From Candidatus Omnitrophota bacterium (GTDB lineage Bacteria; Omnitrophota; Gorgyraeia; Duberdicusellales; 4484-171), in assembly GCA_021735655.1 (NCBI GenBank), contig JAIPGM010000003.1:214836-278835 (forward strand): a DNA stretch of 64,000 bases, read 5' to 3'. A program made the position numbers and the translations under genes. Every line of letters starts with the position of its first letter. Position 1 is the first letter of the stretch. Under the pieces are notes generated by a model. That model worked only from the letters and a program-made list of their open reading frames with translations, was not told the origin of the DNA and made no database searches. This document shows, piece by piece, positions 20,649-29,082 of the stretch.

Positions 20649-20804
20649 TTATTTTTTCTTTTTTGTGCGTCGCTTTTGGGATGGTTTTATGAAATATTGT
20701 CGTTCTCGGAACTTCTTAACAATCCCTTCTTTTTTACATTGAGCCCGAAAACCGCGCAAAGCTCTTTCAAAATCTTCATTTTTGTTAATTTGTACTTCAG
20801 CCAT
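20649..20804 (-). CDS. rpsU: 30S ribosomal protein S21 (absent from the supplied ORF track, 51 aa)
   Basis: Reverse-strand translation MAEVQINKNEDFERALRGFRAQCKKEGIVKKFRERQYFIKPSQKRRTKKKK matches the S21 family; RBS GGAGGA 7 nt upstream (plus-strand tcctcc at 20811-20816). Confidence 0.65.
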   Translation of the reverse strand: MAEVQINKNEDFERALRGFRAQCKKEGIVKKFRERQYFIKPSQKRRTKKKK

Positions 20805-20929
20805 TGATTCCTCCTGGTTTCGAATGTTATACCATAATTATCATATTTTTCAAAGAAAAAATATTGGGGTTAAAAAAGGGGCAATTTTGGCCTTTATCCT
20901 TAGGCTTAATTGTGGTATGATTTTTATCA

Positions 20930-22789
20930 ATGGTTAAAGATAAAAAGCTTAATTTAAAGGATATTTTCTGTATTGCTACCGGGGCGATGATCTCATCAGG
21001 CCTTTTTGTCCTACCAGCTATTGCCTATCGCTATAGTGGGCCTTCGATAATTTTAGCTTATCTTGTTGCCGGTCTTTTAATGATTCCTTCCATTTTTAGT
21101 AAATCTGAGCTTCTTACAGCTATGCCCAAGTCCGGAGGCACCTATTTTTTCATCGAGAGAAGCTTTGGCCCACTTTTAGGTATTTTCGGCGGGTTAGCCA
21201 GTTGGTTTTCACTTAGCTTGAAGAGTGCTTTTGCTCTAATCGGTATCGGTGTATTTTTAGAATATTTTTTGCCTTCAGCGAGCAGTCCTCAACTTTACTT
21301 TTTCATTAAGCTGATTGCGGCTTCTTTCTGTATAGTTTTTGTTTTAGTAAATATATTCAGTGTGCGCTTGAGTGCACGGTTACAGAACGTTTTAGTTTTC
21401 TTTTTACTTACGATTTGCGTTTCTTATATAGTTTTTGGGATAAAAAACATAAATTATGATAACTTTCGTCCTTTTATGTCTAAAGGTGTTTGGCCGTTTT
21501 TTTCGGTAGTCGGTTTAGTTTTTGTTTCTTATGGAGGTCTTACTAAGGTAGCTTCAATTGCCGAGGAAACTAAAGATCCTTCGCGAACTATTCCGGTTGG
21601 TATGTTTTTATCTTTCTTGGTGGTTCAAGTGATCTATGTTTTATCTGTAGCAGTGACAATTGGCTTGCTTTCATCGGGAGAATTAACTTCAACTTTTACC
21701 CCCTTAACTCATGGGGCGATTAAAATTGGCGGAATAACCTTTGGTATAGTTATTTCTCTGGCTGCGCTGGCGGCCTTTATTACTACTGCTAATGCCGGTA
21801 TTTTGTCTTCTGCTCGGGTGCCTTATGCCATGGCTAAAGACAGCTTGCTTCCTTCTAAATTTTCTTTAGTTTCAAAAAAGTTCAATACTCCTTATGTTTC
21901 GATAATTTTTACCGGCTTGTTTATGCTTTTTTTGATACTTTTTTTGGATTTAGAAAATTTAGTTAAGACTGCCTCAACTTTGATGATTATTCTTTTTATT
22001 TTTGATAATCTTTCGGTAATTATAATGCGTCAAAGTCGCTTGATAAACTATCGGCCTAATTTCCGTTCGCCGTTTTATCCCTGGATGCAAATATTTGCCA
22101 TTTTTGCATACGGATTTTTAATTTTTAAAATGGGCATAATACCTTTGGCGATAAGTGCTGGTTTTATCGGTGTGAGTTTAATTTGGTTTGGTTTTTCATC
22201 GCGAAAGATTAAGCGCCAATCTGCCCTGATGCATATTGTTGAGCGGGTAACTGCTAAGGAGTTCGTAGATATATCTTTGGAAGATGAGTTAAAAGAAATT
22301 CTTCATAAGCGGGATAATGTTATTAAGGATCGTTTTGATCATTTGATTGAGAAATGTTTAGTTCTAGACTTAGATAAAGATATAACTAGGGATGGTTTTC
22401 TTTCTTTGATTTCAGAGGCTTTGCATCAGAGATTAGATATCGATAAGAAAATCGTTAAAGATTTACTTATTGAGCGAGAAGAACAGTCAACCACAGTAAT
22501 TGAAAAGGGCTTGGCTTTGCCGCATATCGTTGTTGAGGGGAAGAATAAGTTTGAGATAGTTATTGTTCGTTCAAAAGAGGGCCTAGCTTTTTCACATGAG
22601 AAAGATCCGGTTCATATTGTATTTGTTTTGGCTGGTTCAAAGGATGAGCGAAATTTTCATCTTAGATCACTTATGGCAATTGCTCAGATTGTTCAAGGAC
22701 ATAACTTTCATAAGGATTGGATGCGAATGAAAGATGGTGAATCGTTACGAATGTTAGTTTTATCTTCAACCCGCAAACGAGATATATGA
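20930..22789 (+). CDS. APC-family amino-acid permease fused to a C-terminal PTS EIIA-type-2 (PtsN-like) regulatory domain
   Basis: About 12 TM helices with an APC-type N-terminus; C-terminal ~150 aa ...GLALPHIVVEG...HIVFVLAGSKDERNFHLRSLMAIAQIV resembles the EIIA-2 fold with conserved His; 619 aa. Extended -10 promoter tgGTATGAT at ~20912. Confidence 0.65.
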   Translation: MVKDKKLNLKDIFCIATGAMISSGLFVLPAIAYRYSGPSIILAYLVAGLLMIPSIFSKSELLTAMPKSGGTYFFIERSFGPLLGIFGGLASWFSLSLKSAFALIGIGVFLEYFLPSASSPQLYFFIKLIAASFCIVFVLVNIFSVRLSARLQNVLVFFLLTICVSYIVFGIKNINYDNFRPFMSKGVWPFFSVVGLVFVSYGGLTKVASIAEETKDPSRTIPVGMFLSFLVVQVIYVLSVAVTIGLLSSGELTSTFTPLTHGAIKIGGITFGIVISLAALAAFITTANAGILSSARVPYAMAKDSLLPSKFSLVSKKFNTPYVSIIFTGLFMLFLILFLDLENLVKTASTLMIILFIFDNLSVIIMRQSRLINYRPNFRSPFYPWMQIFAIFAYGFLIFKMGIIPLAISAGFIGVSLIWFGFSSRKIKRQSALMHIVERVTAKEFVDISLEDELKEILHKRDNVIKDRFDHLIEKCLVLDLDKDITRDGFLSLISEALHQRLDIDKKIVKDLLIEREEQSTTVIEKGLALPHIVVEGKNKFEIVIVRSKEGLAFSHEKDPVHIVFVLAGSKDERNFHLRSLMAIAQIVQGHNFHKDWMRMKDGESLRMLVLSSTRKRDI

Positions 22790-23820
22790 TACCTAAAACA
22801 AAAATCATTGCTACCCTAGGCCCGGCGAGTAATACCGAGGCTGTTCTGAGAAAAATGTACCTGAGTGGTCTTGATATAGTACGGCTTAATTTTTCACACG
22901 GTAACCATCAAGAACATTTACAACGAGTGAAGATCGTCCGTATGCTTAATAAAAAATTGCATCGGGCAGTTAAGATAATGCAGGATTTAGAGGGTTATCG
23001 TCTGCGAGTCGGTAAGTTAAAAGAGCAATTTTATTTAAAAAAAGGTGAAAAACTTTACTTAACTCAGGAAGATATTCTGGGAGATAGAGGAGAAGTGTCT
23101 TTTGACTATAAAGGTTCGTTGAGACGCATTAAAAAAGGATTTTTAATCCATATTGATGATGGTCGGATAACTCTGAGAGTTTTGTCAGTTGAAAAAAAGT
23201 GCCTAAAAACTCGAGTAGTTACCGAAGGTCAATTAAGGGATTCAAAGGGGATAAATATCCCTGAGGCAAAATTAGAGTTTGAGGCGCTTACCGATAAAGA
23301 TAAAAAGGATGTAAAAGTAGCCATAGCTCAGAAATTTGATTATATTGCTCAATCTTTTGTGAGTTCAGCTAAAGATTTAAAGTTACTTAAAAATATAGTT
23401 TTACCGAAGCATCCAAAATGTAAGTTTTATGCTAAGGTTGAAAGTAGAATTGCTTTGGTTAATTTAGATGAAATTATTAACGAAGCTGATGGAATAATCG
23501 TTGCTCGTGGCGATCTTGGTATTTGTGTTCCAATCTATAAAGTCCCCACCATTCAGAAAGAGATTGTTAAGAAGTGCCATTCTAAGAATAAGCCGGTAGT
23601 TGTGGCGACTCAAATGCTGGACAGTATGACTGACCAAGCGTTACCGACTCGGGCTGAGGTAAGTGATGTAACTAATGCTATTCTTGATGGTGCGACTCAT
23701 CTTCTTCTATCGGCTGAAACGGCAGTTGGCCGGCATCCTCAGAGAGTAGTAGATATGATGAATAAGGTAATTAAGAACACTGAGAGCTATCAGAGAAAGT
23801 TAAAGGATTTATTGAAATGA
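22786..23820 (+). CDS. pyk: Pyruvate kinase (short form lacking the C-terminal regulatory domain)
   Basis: MIPKTKIIATLGPAS...LNFSHG... and the ...MLDSM... active-site region; only 344 aa. Confidence 0.85.
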   Translation: MIPKTKIIATLGPASNTEAVLRKMYLSGLDIVRLNFSHGNHQEHLQRVKIVRMLNKKLHRAVKIMQDLEGYRLRVGKLKEQFYLKKGEKLYLTQEDILGDRGEVSFDYKGSLRRIKKGFLIHIDDGRITLRVLSVEKKCLKTRVVTEGQLRDSKGINIPEAKLEFEALTDKDKKDVKVAIAQKFDYIAQSFVSSAKDLKLLKNIVLPKHPKCKFYAKVESRIALVNLDEIINEADGIIVARGDLGICVPIYKVPTIQKEIVKKCHSKNKPVVVATQMLDSMTDQALPTRAEVSDVTNAILDGATHLLLSAETAVGRHPQRVVDMMNKVIKNTESYQRKLKDLLK

Positions 23821-24449
23821 GGATATTAATAACAGCCGGAGCAACCTGGGTTAAGGTTGATGAGGTGCGGATCTTTACGAATTGCTTTACTGGTAAGAGC
23901 GGGCTTTATTTAGCCCGAGAACTAAAGAAAAAAGGTCATTCAGTCACTCTTTTGATAAACCCTCATTGTACCGGCAAGATAAGTGATATCACTTCAGTTT
24001 ATTATCGTTATTTTGATGAATTTAAAAGTAAAGTTTATCAAATTTTACGAAAGAAAAATTATGACGCTATAATTCACATGGCTGCAGTGAGTGATTATCA
24101 GTTAAGGGTCCCTAAAAAAGGCAAGATTCCATCGGGCAGGAGCAACCTAATATTAAAACTGGTGCCGGCTGAGAAGATCGTTAAGACAATTAGAAAACTA
24201 GCCAAGGAAGCACTATTAATCCAATTTAAATTAGAAGCCAATCGTAAAGGTTTAAAGGAGAAGGCCTATAAAAGTCTAAAAAGCAATAAAAGTGATTTTG
24301 TGGTTGCTAATAGTCTAACCGATATGGACTTAGGTTATAAGGCTTTCTTAATTAATGATAAGAAAAAAGTGATTAATATCGGATCTAAAAAAGCCCTTGC
24401 TGATACTTTGAATCGGATTATAATAAAACAATCATGGAAAAAGGTCTAA
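23817..24449 (+). CDS. coaB: Phosphopantothenate-cysteine ligase (stand-alone CoaB domain)
   Basis: DFP-family motif ...ITAGAT...IRIFTNCFTGKSG... and ...HMAAVSDY...; 210 aa. Confidence 0.7.
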   Translation: MRILITAGATWVKVDEVRIFTNCFTGKSGLYLARELKKKGHSVTLLINPHCTGKISDITSVYYRYFDEFKSKVYQILRKKNYDAIIHMAAVSDYQLRVPKKGKIPSGRSNLILKLVPAEKIVKTIRKLAKEALLIQFKLEANRKGLKEKAYKSLKSNKSDFVVANSLTDMDLGYKAFLINDKKKVINIGSKKALADTLNRIIIKQSWKKV

Positions 24450-24997
24450 AAAATAGCAATATTCTGATTGGTGTTTGCGGAGGGATATCATCTTATAAAA
24501 CCTGTGAGCTGGTACGCCTTTTCATTAAGGGTGGTTTTTCAGTTAAGGTAATGATGACTAATTCGGCAACTAAATTTGTTACTCCATTGGTTTTTCAGGA
24601 GCTTTCCAGAAACTCGGTTTATATTGATATGTTTAATTTAACTAAAGAGGAGAATGTTAAACATATAAGTCTTGCCCAATGGGCTGATATTTGTGTAGTT
24701 GCACCACTCTCAGCTAATACCCTTTCTAAAGTAGCTTGCGGTATTTGCGATAATCTTTTGACTACGGTTATTTGCGCCTTACCTAAAGATGTAAAAGTTT
24801 TGCTGGCTCCGGCAATGAATGAATTTATGTGGAAGAATCCAATTATTCAGGATAACGTTGCCAAGCTTAAAGGTCTAAAAAAGTACATAGCTCTTGAGTC
24901 GGAGAGAGGCGAACTTGCCTGTGGCGCTTACGGAGAAGGCCGAATGCCTGAAGTGGTTGAAATCTACAAGAAAACAAAATCTCTCCTTAGGAAATAG
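24434..24997 (+). CDS. coaC: Phosphopantothenoylcysteine decarboxylase flavoprotein (stand-alone CoaC domain)
   Basis: ...ILIGVCGGISSYKTCELVRLFIKGGFSVKVMMTNSATKFV... flavoprotein motif; 187 aa. Confidence 0.75.
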   Translation: MEKGLKNSNILIGVCGGISSYKTCELVRLFIKGGFSVKVMMTNSATKFVTPLVFQELSRNSVYIDMFNLTKEENVKHISLAQWADICVVAPLSANTLSKVACGICDNLLTTVICALPKDVKVLLAPAMNEFMWKNPIIQDNVAKLKGLKKYIALESERGELACGAYGEGRMPEVVEIYKKTKSLLRK

Positions 24998-25004
24998 TTT
25001 GACG

Positions 25005-26021
25005 ATGTCAATTTACCTTCTTTTTACTATACTTGCCGTACTTGTAATAATTCTGATTATCCTTATTTTTAAATTAGGTAAGGACAAGGAAGATATTCTT
25101 CTTCATGGCAAGTTAGACTCTTTGCGAGAGGAGCTTACTAAAAATATTATCCAGACCCAGGACAATGCTCTTAGTTCTCATCGGGCGGTATCCGAAGAAT
25201 TAACCAAGCTTTATGAAAAAATCGGCGGCTTAGACCGAGAGAGTCGAGAAATTCTTCAACTCACCAAGTCTTTTCATGATATCCTAAAGCCGACTAAAAG
25301 CCGTGGAGAATTGGGTGAAAGTATTTTAGAGAACTTGCTTCGCGACATTTTGCCTGGTGAGGTAGTGGTTGCTCAATATGGATTTAAAGACGGAAAGAAG
25401 GTTGATTTTGTAATTAAACTTCCTTCAAATCTTGTACCGATTGATGCTAAATTTTCGCTTGAGGCTTTTAAGAATTATCTAGATGCCGAAGAAGCTGATA
25501 AAAAGCGCCAGCGTAAGTCTTGTATCGATAGTATAAAAAAACGAATCAGCGAAACAGCAGGTTATATCTATCCTGACGAAGGAACAACTGACTTTGCTTT
25601 AATGTACGTACCTTCAGAGGCAGTTTATTATTTTATTGTTACCGAAACCCAACTTTTAGAGTTTGCTCATCAGAAGAAGGTGTTTGTGGTTGGTCCGAAT
25701 ACGCTTTATGCGTACCTAAAGACTATTTTTATTGGTTTTCAGGCAATGAAGATAGAAAAAAGAGCAAAGCAGATTTATGATAGTTTAAAGCGTTTAGATA
25801 AAGATGTTTCGAATTTTATAAGGGAGTACAACATTTTAGGGACGCATATCCGCAGCGCTTCCTTAAAATATGATGATGTAGCAAAGAAGGCAGAGAATAT
25901 TTCTTCAAAGTTAAGTTTAATTGGGAGTGATTCTGATGAGAATAAAAGTGAGAGTGATTCCAAAAGCCAAGAAGACCAGGATCACCCAAGACAAAGAAGT
26001 CCTGAAAGTGTATCTCAATGA
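25005..26021 (+). CDS. rmuC: DNA recombination protein RmuC
   Basis: N-terminal TM segment, coiled coil, RmuC core ...KSRGELGESILENLLRDILP... The ORF-track start at 24894 overlaps coaC; the ATG at 25005 (MSIYLLF...) is more plausible. Confidence 0.75.
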   Translation: MSIYLLFTILAVLVIILIILIFKLGKDKEDILLHGKLDSLREELTKNIIQTQDNALSSHRAVSEELTKLYEKIGGLDRESREILQLTKSFHDILKPTKSRGELGESILENLLRDILPGEVVVAQYGFKDGKKVDFVIKLPSNLVPIDAKFSLEAFKNYLDAEEADKKRQRKSCIDSIKKRISETAGYIYPDEGTTDFALMYVPSEAVYYFIVTETQLLEFAHQKKVFVVGPNTLYAYLKTIFIGFQAMKIEKRAKQIYDSLKRLDKDVSNFIREYNILGTHIRSASLKYDDVAKKAENISSKLSLIGSDSDENKSESDSKSQEDQDHPRQRSPESVSQ

Positions 26022-26154
26022 GCCGGCAATTGAAGGCAGGGCTAATAAAAAGTTGTTTGAACTTTTGGCTGAACATTTTCAAGTAAAGAAATATCAAATT
26101 TCTATAGTGAAGGGTCAGAAGCAAAGAGATAAGATAGTTGAGATTAATTTTTAA
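25936..26154 (+). CDS. DUF167/YggU-family small protein
   Basis: MRIKVRVIPKAKKTRI...VKKYQISIVKGQ... pattern of the UPF0235 family; overlaps the rmuC 3' end in another frame. Confidence 0.45.
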   Translation: MRIKVRVIPKAKKTRITQDKEVLKVYLNEPAIEGRANKKLFELLAEHFQVKKYQISIVKGQKQRDKIVEINF

Positions 26155-26160
26155 AAAAGG

Positions 26161-26817
26161 TTGGCGATGAGGAAGAGTTTTACTTTAATCGAGTTGATTG
26201 TAGTCATTGCGATTATCGCAATTCTAGCAGCAATCATCGCCCCTAATGCTTTTAGAGCAATCCAAAAAGCCAAGGCGTCTAGAATAATAGCTGACTTCAC
26301 TGCTATTAAGAGTGCAAGCATGAGCTTTTATGCTGATACCGGTAGTTGGCCGGTAAATATTGAACCTAGGCCAGATCCCGGAGGTACTAATTCTTGGACT
26401 TGGATAAAAAGTGGCCAGCATCCTCTTATGGATAATCTTAATAATTGGATTGGTTGGGACGGACCTTATCTAGAAAGCTCTTTAGCTTCGCCTTCTCCGC
26501 CTACTGGTGTTCCGGGCTGCACAAGCCCCGGATACTATTATACCCAATGGTGGGGCAGCGGTTGGCATGCGGGAGGTTATGGCAAATTTGATTTGGATAA
26601 AAATCCAAGTACCGGCGGAGCTTGTTATATAGCTGCTACTGGCTGTGAAGTTAATAGCGCTTGGAGTATAAATATTTTTCCTATACCTGCGGACGTGATG
26701 AAAAGTATCAACCTGGCTTTAGATGGTGACGATTCTTTTGATGATATGCTCGGGCGAGTGCAGGTTTATAGCGGTTGCGATGGTTTAGTAAGTTTTTACG
26801 TTTCTCATCCGATATAG
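26161..26817 (+). CDS. GspG/PulG-like pseudopilin with prepilin N-terminal methylation motif (Ser at -1)
   Basis: MAMRKS|FTLIELIVVIAIIAILAAIIAPN... followed by ...KAKASRIIADFTAIKSA... as in T2SS major pseudopilins; 218 aa with a Gly/Trp/Cys-rich C-terminal extension. Confidence 0.7.
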   Translation: MAMRKSFTLIELIVVIAIIAILAAIIAPNAFRAIQKAKASRIIADFTAIKSASMSFYADTGSWPVNIEPRPDPGGTNSWTWIKSGQHPLMDNLNNWIGWDGPYLESSLASPSPPTGVPGCTSPGYYYTQWWGSGWHAGGYGKFDLDKNPSTGGACYIAATGCEVNSAWSINIFPIPADVMKSINLALDGDDSFDDMLGRVQVYSGCDGLVSFYVSHPI

Positions 26818-26832
26818 AACATACATTTAGAC

Positions 26833-27492
26833 GTGCGATTGGTTAATAAAGAGTACTGTTTTCTTATTAAGGATGTTTTCTCATCTTTATCTTTGGTCGG
26901 ATTTACTAAAAACAGTCTAGTTGGCAATCTTCCTCAAGATATCCAGACAGCCCTTTCTTTTTCTGATCAACAGTTCAAAGTAGCCTATCTAAACCAGATC
27001 CATTCGGAAAAAGTCTTATCAGTTGACCAGGCTGGCTGCTACGAAGGTGATGGCTTGTTTACTAAAAATTCTGGTTTAGTTCTAGTTGTTAAAACTGCTG
27101 ATTGCTTACCGCTTCTTTTCGAGAGTAAGGAGCTGGGGGTAATCGGGGCAGTGCATATGGGTTGGAAATCAGCTAAGGCCGGTATTTTGGATAATCTACC
27201 TTATGAATTGAGTTCTTTTAAAGTAGTTGCTGGTGTGGGTTTAAGAAAATCTTGTTATGAGGTCGGGGATGATTTTCTCAATCATCAGCCGTTTAAGCCT
27301 TTTATCGAAAAGACAGACGCTAGGTTCTATTTTAACCCGGTAGAGTTTGCTAGGAGTGAACTTATTGCCAGGGGTTTAAAAGAAGACAATTTCATTGATT
27401 TAGATATTTGTAGCTTATGCAGTAAGAGCAATTTTTCTTCTTGTCGTCGCGGCGATACCTCATCAAGAACTTTATCTTTTATTTTAAGATAA
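26833..27492 (+). CDS. pgeF: DUF152 'laccase-domain' protein (PgeF/YfiH family)
   Basis: ...VKTADCLPLLF... and ...GAVHMGWKS... motifs of the YfiH family; 219 aa. Confidence 0.7.
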   Translation: MRLVNKEYCFLIKDVFSSLSLVGFTKNSLVGNLPQDIQTALSFSDQQFKVAYLNQIHSEKVLSVDQAGCYEGDGLFTKNSGLVLVVKTADCLPLLFESKELGVIGAVHMGWKSAKAGILDNLPYELSSFKVVAGVGLRKSCYEVGDDFLNHQPFKPFIEKTDARFYFNPVEFARSELIARGLKEDNFIDLDICSLCSKSNFSSCRRGDTSSRTLSFILR

Positions 27493-27575
27493 TGACTAAA
27501 AATTGTTATTACATTTATAAGATTATATGATAAAATTATAAACCAATCTTAACTAAATTTATTTAGAAGGTTAAT

Positions 27576-28685
27576 ATGGATCAAAAGAAGACACCACTTT
27601 ACGAACAGCACATAAAACAAAATGGCCGAATGGTTAATTTTTCCGGTTGGGTTCTGCCTTTGGAATATAGAAGTAGTCTTGAAGAGGCAAAGGCTGTCCG
27701 AAGCAGCTGTGGTATTTTCGATGCTTCACATATGGGCGAAATAGAGGTGACCGGAAAAGACGCCTTAGCGTTTTTGCAAAAACTTTTGAGCAACGACCTT
27801 TCTTTACTTAAGACCCAACAGATGCAGTACAATCTTATTCTTAATTCAGCCGGAGGTGTGGTTGATGACTGTATGGTTTATTGTTTAGAGAATAAATTTC
27901 TCTGCGTAGTGAATGCTTCCAATAAAGATAAGGTTTTTAGCTGGTTTAATAAAAATAAGCAAGGCAATGTTGAAATCAAGGATAAAAGTGAGGAGTTAGC
28001 TCTAATTTCTCTCCAGGGACCGAAAGCCGTTGGAGTGATTGCGGAAGTTATTGGTATTAAGCCTGTTGAGTTAAATTATATGTCTTTCTTAGAAGCTGCA
28101 ATCGATAACAAGTCTTTTTTAATTTCTCGTAGCGGTTATACCGGTGAAGATGGTTTCGAGCTTTATGTTCCTTCTGGTGATGCTGAATTTTGGTGGAATA
28201 AACTTTTAGCGGCTGGTGAGGTTTTCGGAATTACGGTTTGTGGGCTAGGGTCTCGTGATATTTTAAGAATTGAGGCTGGTTACCCTTTGTATGGTCATGA
28301 GCTTGATGATATTATTAATCCTTATGAAGCGACTTTGGCTTGGGCCCTAAAGCTTAATAAAGATTTGATTGCTAAAGAAGAATTAATGCATATTCAGCAG
28401 GAGGGTTTAAAAAGAAAGAGAGTCGGTCTAGTTATGCAGGAACGGGCTGTTCCGCGTCAGGGTTATTCGGTATACTTTAAAGATAAAGTTGTTGGAGAAG
28501 TTACTAGCGGTACTTATTCTCCTAATCTGGAACAGTTTATTGCTATGGCTTATTTAGATAAACAGTACACAGAAGTTGATTCAGAGGTTAAAATAAAGAT
28601 TCGTGATAAGTTTTATCAAGCAAAAGTGGTAAAGTTTCCTTTTATAAGACCAAAAACAAAAAAGTTAGCAAGTAAGGGGGCTTAA
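27576..28685 (+). CDS. gcvT: Glycine cleavage system aminomethyltransferase (T protein)
   Basis: 369 aa with GcvT fold; first gene of the gcvT-H-PA-PB block. Confidence 0.9.
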   Translation: MDQKKTPLYEQHIKQNGRMVNFSGWVLPLEYRSSLEEAKAVRSSCGIFDASHMGEIEVTGKDALAFLQKLLSNDLSLLKTQQMQYNLILNSAGGVVDDCMVYCLENKFLCVVNASNKDKVFSWFNKNKQGNVEIKDKSEELALISLQGPKAVGVIAEVIGIKPVELNYMSFLEAAIDNKSFLISRSGYTGEDGFELYVPSGDAEFWWNKLLAAGEVFGITVCGLGSRDILRIEAGYPLYGHELDDIINPYEATLAWALKLNKDLIAKEELMHIQQEGLKRKRVGLVMQERAVPRQGYSVYFKDKVVGEVTSGTYSPNLEQFIAMAYLDKQYTEVDSEVKIKIRDKFYQAKVVKFPFIRPKTKKLASKGA

Positions 28686-28686
28686 A

Positions 28687-29067
28687 ATGTCAGAGTTTAA
28701 ATTCACTAAATCTCATGAATGGGTGAAAGTAGAGCCAGATTCAGCAACTATCGGGATAACTGATTATGCTCAATCTCAGCTAGGTGATGTTGTATTTGTC
28801 GAACTGCCTAAACCTGGAGGCGCAATTCAACAGACTAAGCAGTTTGGTACCATTGAATCAACCAAGGCTGCCAGCGAGCTTTATGCTCCGATCGATGGAG
28901 AGATCGTTGAAGCTAATAACAATGTAGTTTCGAATCCTCAACTAGTTAATCAGTCAGCTCAAGATTTTGGCTGGTTACTTAAGGTAAAGATTTCTGATTT
29001 TTCTCAGCTTGATAGCTTGATGGATGAAGTAGCTTATCAAGAGTTTGTAGCTAAAGAAAGTAAATAA
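28687..29067 (+). CDS. gcvH: Glycine cleavage system H protein (lipoyl carrier)
   Basis: ...FGTIESTKAASELYAPIDGEIVE... carrying the lipoyl-lysine (ESTKA); 126 aa. Confidence 0.9.
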   Translation: MSEFKFTKSHEWVKVEPDSATIGITDYAQSQLGDVVFVELPKPGGAIQQTKQFGTIESTKAASELYAPIDGEIVEANNNVVSNPQLVNQSAQDFGWLLKVKISDFSQLDSLMDEVAYQEFVAKESK

Positions 29068-29082
29068 GCAGAAACTAATCAT

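Noticed and set aside
27493-27575. Possible glycine riboswitch upstream of gcvT
   Set aside because: The spacer is only ~83 bp, very AT-rich, and lacks the conserved glycine-aptamer motifs. A promoter and RBS fit, but not an aptamer.
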